A stretch of 64,000 nucleotides of DNA, from positions 2,170,001 through 2,234,000 of the forward strand of contig OZ251222.1 of the NCBI GenBank assembly GCA_965240325.2. The letters are read 5' to 3'. Origin of the DNA: Rebecca billardiae RCC1528. Taxonomy: Eukaryota > Protista > Haptophyta. The notes under the pieces were generated by a model. That model did not search any database, had not been told where the DNA came from, and saw only the letters and a program-made list of their open reading frames with translations. Shown here in pieces: positions 23,901-34,600 of this stretch (its first letter is position 1; each line of letters starts with the position of its first letter). Made by a program: the position numbers and the translations under genes.

Positions 23901-26900
23901 AGCTGCTCGGACACCTCGGCGAGCACGCTGACGGCCTCGGCCTGCGAGAGCATGCACAGCTCGCGCAGCAGCGCCAGCGCCGCCTGCCGCTCCGCGTGCG
24001 CGCGCGCCAGCGGGCCGAGCCCTGCGTACGCGCTCGGGGAGAGGCGGCTCTCGAAGTGCGAGCGGAGCAGCTCGAGGCCCGCCTCGGCGCGCGGCAGCCG
24101 GAGGACCAGCCGGGTGAAGGCGTGGCCACTTGCCACCTCGCCTCCACCCGCGCGCGCGTTGGCGGCGATCGGGTGCACAGGCGTTGCACGTGCGGGCGCG
24201 CTCGCGGCGGCGCCGCCGCCGTCGTCGGACGAGCCGGACTCGCTCCCGGACTCGCTCCGAACGTCGTCCTCCTCGTCGGCGCTGTCGTCTTCCTCGCGCT
24301 CGCGCGCGTAGCTCGAGACCCAGTCCTCGATGCAGCGCGGCAGCCTCTTCGCGAGCACCGTCTGCGCCTGCACGAGCTGGCCGAGCGCGCCGTCCAGCTC
24401 AGTGAGCGCGACGCCGAGCTCGTGCTGGTGCGAAACGACCGCGCGCTCCCAGTTGGCGCGCCGCCGCTTGCGCCGCCACAGGTTGCGGTTGACCGCGTAC
24501 ATGTCCTGCGCGAGCGCGCCGGCGAGGAGCGCCTGCAGCTCGGCGTCCTCGGCGAACCGCTCGGGCAGCCGCGCCGCGCTCGTCTGCGCGATCAGCGCGG
24601 CCACCTCGTTGTTGCGCCGCAGCGCATCGACGAGCGGCGTCGCGCCCCAGCGGTCGGTCGCCGACACGTCCGCCATCGCGTCGAGCAGGTACGCCACGGC
24701 GGTGATCGAGCCCGAGGCGGCGGCGACGTGGAGCGGCGTGCGTCCGTCGTACCCGACCGCGTCGACCGACGCGCCGCTCTCCACGACGAACTGCAGCTGC
24801 GCCACGTCGCCGCCCGCCGCGGCGGCGAAGAGCCGCTCGGCGAGCGCCGCGCGGTTGGGGACCGCGCCCGCGCGCACGAGCAGCTGCGTCACGAGCGTGC
24901 GGCCGGAGAGCATCGCCGCGTCGACGGGCGTGCGGCCCCAGCGGTCCTTGGCGTTGGCGTCCGCGAGGCGCGAGATCAGGTACTCCACGACGCGCAGGTT
25001 GCCCTCCGCCGCCGAGAGGTGCAGCGCGGTGCGCCCGTCGTGGTTGGCCGCGCTGATGTCCACGCCGTGCTCGAGCAGCGCGCCCACGTGCTCGACGTTG
25101 CCCTCGGCCGCGGCGGCGCACAGCGCGGCGGCGGGGCGCTCGAGCTCGGCGACGGCGCCGTGCGCGCGCAGCTCGAGCGCCACGGCGTGGTGCCGGCTGC
25201 GCAGCGCCTCCGCGAGCGGCGTCGCGCCCCACTGGTCTCGCGCGTCGACTTCGGCGCCGAGCTGGCACAGCAGCGCCGCCACCTTGTCGTTGCCCTCGGC
25301 GGCGGCGAGGTGGAGCGTGGTGCGCCCGTCGTAGTTGCCGACGCTCAGGTCGGTGCCCCGGCGCGCGAGCGCGCGGACGGTCTCGACGTCGCCCTCCGAC
25401 GCGGCGGCCGCCATCTGCGCGAGCGACTCCTCGTTGCGCGCGATGATGGCTGCGCGGATCAGCTCGCGCACCGCCTCGTGCTCCTCGCGCTCCGCGTCGT
25501 CGAGCGCGGCGGCGGCGGCGCCGCCGCCGCCGTCCGCCGCGTCCGCGCCGCTGGGCTCGAGCCCGAAGCGGTTGAGGATGTTGCCCATGATCAGCTCGGC
25601 CTGCTCGGGGTACGAGCCGATCACGTCGTCGTAGTCGCTGCCGGCGAGGACGAGCAGCGTCACGTCGCCCGACGCCGTCGCCGCCACCGTGTACGGCTGG
25701 TGGATGCCGAGGAAGAAGGAGAGCTCGCCCACGACCGGCCCGGCGGCGCCGAGGTCGGAGCGGAGCGTGGCGATGTGCGCGTCGCCCGAGCGCACGGCGA
25801 GCGAGCCGCCGACGCACCAGAGCAGCTCGCGCGCGCCGTCGCCCTGGTTGAAGAGCACCTCGAGCGGCATCGCGTACCGCTCCTTGAGCACGATCACGAT
25901 CTGGTCGAGCAGCTGCGCCGAGCAGTGGTGCAGGACCCAGGTGGCGTGGACGTGCTTGTGGTGCTGCGCCTTGGCCACCTTCACCTTGAGCGAGAGCGGC
26001 AGCTGCTCGAAGATCTTCGCCGTCCCCGACGCGGCCTTGCGGTGCTGGAAGACGAAGTGATTGCGCATCTTGCGCACGACCGCAGGCGGCAGCGAGCGCT
26101 TGTGGCCGTACTCGTCCACCGCCTTGAGCAGCTCCTTGAACTGCAGCGTGGAGCCGTCGGTGCGCACGAGGTAGTGGAAGAGCGTACCGAGCACGAACGC
26201 GTAGAACACGATCTGCACCACGCAGATCAGCACGGCGAAGAGCAGGTCGGCGAGCCGAACAAACGTGATCGTTCCGTACCCCATCGCAGTGACGCCCGTC
26301 CACGCCATGTACAGACTGAGCAAGTACTGCTCCGACTCCGACTCGGCGGCGGGCGCGAACTTGGGGTTGGCCGCGAGCAGCTCGAGCTGCGCCGGCCACG
26401 CGGGCAGCGCGCCCGCGCCGCCCTCGCCCACCTCGGCGAGGAGCCACCACGCGCACGCGATCCAGTGCGGGACGGAGAGCAGCACGAGCGCAAACTTGAA
26501 CGCGGCGAGGAAGCGCACGTTCGTGCCCAGGTCCGAGTTGATGCGGCGCATGTACTCGAAGAGGTCGTGCGCGCGCACGCAGCGCGCGAGCTGCGCGCCC
26601 AGCCACAGGTCCAGCGCGCCGCCGAGAAGCAGGAAGCGCGCGCGACCGGCGTGCAGCAGCACGATCGTGAGCACATCGAGCGCGAGGCGCGCGCGCGTGA
26701 GCGACGCCTCGCCCGAGGAGCCGCCGCGCGCGCCGCCGCCGTGGTGCGTCGTCGAGACGGCGGCGGAGACGGCGGCGGGTGACGTGCGCGGGGCCCTGTG
26801 CTGGTCATACAGCCGCACGCAGATCGCGGCGATCTCGAACACGTCGACGAACACGTCGAGCGCGATGAAGACAGGCGAGGGCAGCGGGAGCAGCGGGAAC

Positions 26901-27256
26901 GCGACGCGCACCGGGATGACAAAGAACTCGTACGCGAGCTGCGGCAGACGGAGCGAGCGGTACACCGTGAGCCAGCGCGCGCGGAGCTGGCGCTCGCGCT
27001 CCAGCTGCGCGACGCGCCGAGCCTCCTCCTCCGCGTCGTCGCCGCCGTCGTCCCCAACCAGCTTCTCGCGCCACTTGACGCTCAGGTGGGTGCGCCGCGG
27101 CGGCACGCCGGCGCGGCGCAGGATGCCGCGAGGGGCGGCGTCCCGCGCCAGCGCCGCGTGGCGCACCGCCGACGCCCGTCGGGACGCCTCGTCGCGCCCC
27201 GTCGCCACGGCGCTGCGGAGCGAGCCGGCGACGGTCGTCGTCGTCCGCAACTTCAT
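17953..27256 (-). CDS. Two-repeat Shaker/CNBD-family cation channel with ankyrin repeats (~2980 aa, at least 4 exons)
   Basis: Repeat 1: 6TM, pore TAMGYG (26273-26290), C-linker, CNBD (GELSFF), ankyrins (DGRTxLH). Long linker with EF-hand-like FDRRGERVI. Repeat 2: 6TM, pore TTLGLG (20654-20671), CNBD (GELPF), ankyrins. Introns 19898-20020, 19542-19648, 18115-18248. Confidence 0.88.
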
Positions 27257-28644
27257 GGTCGCGCCCGTACACGTCTGGATCTGCAAGTTGCCGATCCGCG
27301 CGCGGGCGCGCGGGAAGCAACCACTTGTACCGGCATGATAACGGAATCTGTTCAGAATCTATCTACATATTTATTTAAGAACCGTTTAAGAGCCGTTCCA
27401 CACCCGTTCAGGCTCGTTCCGGGCCTGCGAAGAATTCAGCGAATCGATGATTGGACGGGGCGGAAACTGCTTCCCTCGTTCAATACGTCTCAGGACAGCC
27501 TGAAATGAGTCGTACAATGTGATCCCATTGCCTTTCATTATTATTCATACTCACACACCGGACGCAGTGTCATCTCATCAGTACTCATCATCAGTACTAC
27601 GAGTATGACATCATGATACAGGGGAACCGTTTTAGTTCAATTAACTCATCCGCTGTTGATGAGCAGAGAGTACGTTGCGTAGCTTCGAGGCTGAGCTGTA
27701 GTGTGGAGCCGACGGCTGTGAGGCCGCGCAGGCGTTCGTGAGCTATGGTGTCGGCTGAGTCGATCCGCGGAGGATGCGCGGTGCTCGGGCCGCTGCGCAA
27801 AGGTAGTGCGCCCACCTTTGCCCCGAGCGCCGGCCTCCACCGCTTGGAGCAGCACGTACAGCACGTGCGCACCGCCGCTCGAACTCCGGATCGCGGGACA
27901 GGCGTGCTCGCGGACCGTCTGAGTGAGGACCGATTGACCGAATCTCACTCCGAGCGCATGTGGCGCGCGACTTGGTCGACTGCATGCGCGCTCTACACGC
28001 GGGGCGAGGTAGCACCGCTGCATACGCGCGCCGTGGCCGCGCTGGCCTACGCTCACGACGACCGTATCTAGTATATCTATCGGCACACGTACATTCCCGC
28101 GAGTCCGCAGAAGAGACAAGAGTCGTCCCTCCATGCTGACACCAGGCACCAGCGCGCGCCGCCCGTCCTGTCCGTGTGGTGCCATGCCAAGGATGTCTCT
28201 TTGGCACCAAGGGTGTCTGCGTGGCACGTGCAGCAGTTCATGGACCCAGACGATGTCTTCGGCGGTGAACTTTGCTTTGTCGGGCGCACTTTGGCCTTGA
28301 TGATGATACCGCGACCAAAATTGGGCGCGCATGTGATCGCGCGGCGGCCGGTGCGTACTTTGACGTGAATACGGAAGTCATCGGCGGGTGCTTCTGCGCG
28401 CGGCCGCGCGACTACTGGATTAAGTAACTTTAATAAGTTGGACTGCTGTGATTCACTCACTCACGTTCACTGTGATGGCAGTGATGGGATCACATCAGTC
28501 AGCATCACGGACATCGTCCAGCCTGATGAGTGATGACTCAAGATGACTTCTGCGACTCATGATTCATGAACACAAAGAGATACAGTCGTAGTCTGTACGA
28601 CATCAGTTTGACTGGGGTAGCTTATCACACAGAAGGCCTGGCCC

Positions 28645-31600
28645 TCAGGTGATATGTGCCCCAGTGTGGCGTGTCGGCCTCAAAGCCGGCGGCAGGGTTC
28701 TGTTGCCCGGAGCAGGGTTTGCTGGCGCATCAGCTGCGTGGGCCGGGGCGTCCGGCTGTTTGCGTTTGCGGGCCGGGGCCGGCACTGATGCCACCCCGCC
28801 GCGCATGCTGGCCTGCATGTATGGCTGTTGCCCAAGGTCAGCCCCGGCGGGCTTCTCCCGGGCAGGCTGTGTCGGCGCGCCGGGTGCGCGCGAAGCGTCA
28901 TTTTGCTGGTGTGGAGCTGCAGTCATGCCTGAGCCGCGCGTGCGGCGCTGGCACAGCCTGGCAGACTTGCGTAGGGGCGGGGCCTCAGGCACCGCAGGCG
29001 TCGGGGCTCTGGGCTGGTCAGGAGCGGGGGCGCCAGGCCAGAGAGGCTGCTGCAGGGTATCGGAATCCGGGCGGCTCCTTTTGGCCGGCGGGCCACGCCC
29101 CACCGCGGGGGGGTCGCCACGCGGCGCGACGGGTGGTGCTTGAGCGCCGGCGCTGCTGCTGGCACCTCCCTGGCTACACCCCGGGGGGTGTCCAAGCGGG
29201 GGGGCGAGTGCCACCGGTGACTGGGGGCTGCCTGTGCAGGCCCTGTGCATAGGGCGCTTGCCGGTGCCTGCAGCGGGGCTGGGCGGAGGCAGTGCAGAGC
29301 TGTCCGGCAACCGCCGCGGCCCATCACCAGCACCTGTGCCATGGTCCTCAGGGCAGTCGTCTGGCCGGTCCCTGGGCTGTTTGCCGCGCCGATTGCTTGT
29401 GGGGCAGCGCTCCCCGTCCTCGAGCCCCGGTCGGCTCGGCAGCGGCAGCACAGGCTCGTAGTGCCCGGTGCCATCAAAGTACACTGCTGCAAGAGTTGGG
29501 TCGCGCGCAAGGAGGCGTTCACGTACCGACTGTTGCTGGCGCGGGTCCGCGGGAGCACCTGCAGAGCCCCCTTGCGGGTGTTGCCAGCGTTGGGGGTCCG
29601 TATACACTGGGTTGTTCATGCTGGACCACCGCGGCACGTGCCTATACAGCGTGCACGCCACCAGGTGCCCGACTGCATCCGAGCTCTCGGGCCTGCCTGC
29701 TGTCCCACCAGCAGGGGCAGTCTGGCTGGCGCGCGGCTGGAACACTGCGATGTCACGCCCCATGACGGCCGCAACCGCGGGTATCATGACAGTGGGCCAG
29801 TACCTCGACGCCCCACCGGCGGCGAGCCCGCCATTGGCCCCGTAGCTCGCTGCAGCCCTGAGCGGCTCGGCGAATTCGTGCAGGGTTGGCTGGGCACCCT
29901 GCCCATGGTATGTGGCCCTATAGCTGTCAGACATGCTGATGGCCTCCAGTCCATCCGCATCCACGAGCCCCAATTGAAGCCGGTGTGTCCGTGAGAGGTG
30001 TGCTGTGCCGAGCACCCAGTCCACAGCAGCTGCCCTGAGGAAGCGGACTGCCTGGTAGGCTGCGGTGCAGGGGCCCACTGCGGCGGCACGTTCCTCAACA
30101 TAGCCCATGGCTGCCAGCAGGAGGCAGTCCCCATGCATGCAAGTAGGGTACACAGCATGCCCCACTGCTGCCAGCAGCGCAGAGGCCGCCCCGCGCCACT
30201 GTGGCTGGACAGCAACGTAGGCAGGCATAGGTGGCAGCTGCACAGCGGGCCGCCGGCGTGCAGGGTGTTGAGAGTGGCCGGCAGCCACATCGTCGATTGG
30301 GGGGCCCGCAGTGCGAGGGGTGGAGCCTGCTGCTGCTGCCAACCGCCGCTGCTGGGCAGGGGGCCCACTCACACCGTTATCATCCTGGTGTGCCAGGGCG
30401 TCTGCATCGGGTGAGCGGGGCCGCCGCCTGCTGCCACGCTGTGCGCCGTGCATCGCCGCGCCAGCCAGGCCAGCGTGCGCTGCTGATGGCGGCTCAGCTG
30501 CGGCGCCCTCCGGCACCGGGCCCAGCAGCTGTGCAGGCAGGGGGTGGCTCGCCGCTGCTGGAGCAAGGCCAGGCCCCAACGCAGCGGGCGCCTGCGCATC
30601 GCTGGCGGGGGCATCTGCAGCCGGTGGGGCAGCTGCGGCCGGCTGCTCTTGCAGCAGCTCATTGGGGGCTGGCGAGTCTTCAGCAGGTGGGCCTGGCTCT
30701 GCCACCTCAGCAGCAGGGGCGGGCTCCGCCTGGCTGGCAGCCGCCCGGCCTTGCTTATGGAGGAGGGCCCAGTACTTATCCAAGTCGTACGTCTTGGCAT
30801 ACGCCGAGCTGAGGCTCAGCGCCCTGCGCTCGTCGTGGATTTTGCTGGCGGCCAGGGCCAAGGGCTTGTGGATCATCCCCGCGGCGTACTGCACCGGCTG
30901 GCCGCCAGGCGGCTGGTGGGCAGCCAGTGCTTGCTTCACAGCTGTGACAGTGGCCTCGGTCACCTTGCCAGCATAGTAGAAGGGGTGAAGCGTCGCCTGG
31001 ACCGCGAGTCGGGTGGCTTCGGGCTGTGGGATGGCGCCATTCGAGGCCTTACGTATCGCAGCTCCCACCCTGTCCTCAGCGTTCCGCTGCGCGTGTGCGT
31101 GCGGGCACTGATGGAAGACGTGGTGCACGCTATCCGGCCCTGGGTTCGGGTCCCCCGCCTTCAGGCAGAATAGGCACTCTGTGCCCAGGGCATAGGTCGC
31201 CCGCGAGCTGGTGCACCGTCGCCGGACATCAGCCAGGGCCGGTGTGGCTGCCACAGCATCCGCATTGTAAACCAGTGCACCGACCGCGCAGCGCAGCACA
31301 AACTTACTGATGCGCTCGCGGCACCACTGGTTCTGAAGCGAGTGTGTGGACTCGCTGACATCGCATGGGAGCGGGGTACCGCCCTGGTGGTCGGGTTCCT
31401 GGTCACTGTCGGGTCCAGCCAGTTTGAGCCTGTACTTCGCTGCTGCAGCAGGCGTGGCAGCATGTGCCTCCAGCGCAGCCCTGCGCGCCCTGTCCATGAC
31501 GCGGGTGCGGACCTGGTTTGGGCAGGACGGTAGCAACGTGGCAGAGCAGTGCTCCATCAGTGACACTCTGTACGGCAGCCAGACCATCGGCCCCAGTGCG

Positions 31601-34600
31601 AACGATGCCTGCCGGTCACCCCTGGCGACCTGCTTGCTGGCCCAATCCGCACACAGGTTGCAGACCGTACGGAGCGCAGCTTCGCGTGGGGTGCCAGGGG
31701 CATGTCCGAGCACTATGCGCAGCAGGGCTTCACATTGGGCCGAGCTCACGCAGAAGGCATTGTCGAGGGCCGACCACCGTGGGGCCAGGGTGTTGCCAAC
31801 CAGGCGGTCCAGTTCCGCATGGCCTGCCTGTTGGTGGCGAAACGCCCACTGGTGACCCGACGCCGGTGGGACGCAGATGTCCAGGAGCCGGAGGAGGCGC
31901 ACCATGTGGGGGCTGCCAGAGAGGAGTTTGGCTGCGGTGCCAGTGCCCTGGCGGGGAACAGACTCTCCCGGGGCTGTCAAGTCCGGTCGGGCGCGGAGGG
32001 TGTGGTGCAGGGCAGTATCGCAGTCCCACCCTATGTGGGCGTGCCGCACTCCAATAGTAGAGAGCACCTTCACTCCCAGGGTGGCAGCGGCAATCTCAGA
32101 GTTCTGGGCTGACTGCTCACCGGGGTACGTGGCTGTGAAGATGGTGATGGCATGGCGCTCGCCGCCCGGTGTGAGGGGTAGCGCATATGCCACAGCAGCT
32201 GCCCCCTGGCCCCTGCCTGGGACGTAGGAGCCATCCACTCCGGCCATCAGCCTGTCTGTGTCAGCCAGCAGGCCGCGCACTGGCAGCCTGCCATCAGTAG
32301 GGATTTCGCGTTCGTGGGCCGCAGCCCGGTCCGCAGGGCCCAGGTGCCCGGTGAGCAGAAAGTTTTCCGGGGCGGTGAGCCAGTTGTCAACGAGCCCATC
32401 CAGCAAGGCATGGGCCAGGCGACCGCACATCCACTCCTGCGCGGGGTCGTATGCACGGAGGGCCCTCCTGCCGTCCGCTGTGAAGAGGGAGAGGACAGCT
32501 GCTGCGGCTCCCCCATTGGTGGCGCGTATCATCTGCGCGGCGGAGGTCCCACCATCACGCAGGATGCTCTCCTCCAGCATGCTCGTGTGGGCACGGCCCG
32601 GCAGGTTGGGGCCAGCCCTGGGCACTGCCATCTCGATCGTGGCACCCACAGTCATGTCGAGGATGGCGTTGAGCCGGGCAGTCCGGCTGCTGCGCTTCCG
32701 CCGAGACAGCCTATTGGAGTACGTATCCATGATGTGCTCGACACGCGAGCCGCACACCTCCCTGAGAGTGAGGAGCGCGAGTTCACGGTAGGTGGCCGGC
32801 GCCCACCGCGCCGCACCGGCCGGGCAGGTGTTCAGCGCGCGCAGCCCACCCTCGACGAACGGGGGGTACGCCGCAGGGGCAAACCCAGGCGAGTGCAGGC
32901 AGGCGTGCCACTCGCCGAGGGCGCTCCGGGTCAGGTGGCCATCTGCCGCCAGCGAGTTCGCAGCCTTCAGCAGAGTGGTCACCTTCTGCCCAGCATCTCT
33001 GGCCTGGGGATCCTCGGGGCCAATGCCCCACGTCTTGGCGGGGCCGCACGCGGCGATGCGCGCGGACGCGTGCGGCAGCCCAACACGCTGCCACACAGGG
33101 CGCAGGATCGTGGTGCGCATGCCGCGCAGCTCGTCTTTGGTGAGCTTGCTGGCACTGAGCTTGTAGTCCAGTGTGGACACCACATCGTGCTGGAGGAGGG
33201 TCCCTGTCATCACAGTATGGCAACAGGGGTCCATGGCCGCCACCCCCACGCGCCACGCAGCTTTCTGGAGGCGCTCAGCCACTTTCCGAGAGTGCGCGCC
33301 CCAGGCCAACTCCATGTTGAGGTGGTATCCGAGGTACGCAAACGACTCGCGGTGCGCCGGGTCCAGGGTGGGGACGGTGGCCACCGCCTGGCCGGCCCGG
33401 GGGAACAGCGGGGCGGCTGGGCCGGCCGGCGGGCACGCTCGCCCGCCGCGCGGGGTGCGCGCCGGCCTGTACGCGTGCACACACTTGGCGTGATTGAGAA
33501 CCATGCCATGCGCAGCGAGGAACTTATGGAGGGCCTCAAGCTGGGCAGTGTTCTCCGCCGCAGTGGCGGCCACCAGGGCCAAGTCATCCATGTACCCCTG
33601 CACTTGGATGCGGGCTGTTGGGGGGCCTCTCTGCGGGAGGCGGGCAGTGGCATCTAGCTGGAAAGTGTACCCGGTGGCGGACGTGGCTGTGAACCACTGG
33701 ATGAACATGTTCATGAACAGGCAGAACTTGATGGGGCTCAGCGGGCAGCCCTGCTTGCATCCCCTCCGGATGGGCACCGGGCCAGTAAGACCATGTGGGG
33801 TTCTAGTGACAGCTGTGGACCCCTCGTCCAGCCGATCGAGGCTGGCGATGAGCTGAGGCGGGAATCCATGGAGGGCCAGGGCCTGCCTGAGGGACGAGAT
33901 GGGCACGCTGTCGTATGCCTTGGCGATGTCGCACGCTGTGATGTGCAGCTCGCGGTTGTGCCGCTTGGCATGTGCGATGGCTGCAGTGAGCGCAGCCACA
34001 TGCAGGTCGCCTTGCCCGCCTGCGCGCGACGCGGCCTGCTCTGGTCGGAGCAGCCCCAGCCTGTTGCAGACGTGCTGTATCTGGCTGGCCCGGTGGGCCG
34101 CGGCCATCTTGTATATCACGCTCTGCAGCGCGATTCCCCGGTAGTTGCTGAGGGCGAGGGCGTCGCCCTTCTTGTAGAAGTACACAATCTCTGACTGGGT
34201 GATGTGCGCAGGGAGAGGAGAGGTGGAGTGCAGGATTGTGTTGATGCAGTTGATCAGCACCGTCTTCAGCGCAGGCTGTGCCTCCAGGACCAGTTTGAGG
34301 CTGCAAATTTGCACCTTATCGAGCCCTGGGGCCCCGTTGGACTTGGCCCTGCCCAGTATACGCTTGAGGTCCTCGGCGCGCATGGGCGCAGTGACTGCCC
34401 TTACTAGCTCGGGGGTCCACCTGTCCCTGATCGGCCTCCATATGGCTTCGTCCTCATAAGGGTGGGGCCCTGGGGTGCGTTCCGCCGGCTGGCCGATGTT
34501 CGAGGCAGTGTAGGCTGCAGCTAGCTCCTTTATCCGTGCAGGGTCGTCAGTGACACCTGCTCGGCCAGTGGTGGGGTCGGTGGTGCGGAGGAGGGTGAGC

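Noticed and set aside
17913-26782. Many long Arg/Ala-rich ORFs overlapping the channel (and similar ones window-wide)
   Set aside because: Stop-codon scarcity in high-GC DNA; only the part of 17913-21695 matching exon 18249-19541 is coding.
27597-28460. Several 60-230 aa ORFs between channel and LINE
   Set aside because: No recognisable motifs; cannot support a gene call.
31130-31160. Second NPGP (GDPNPGP) in the LINE
   Set aside because: Inside the zinc knuckle and lacks the Glu of 2A motifs.
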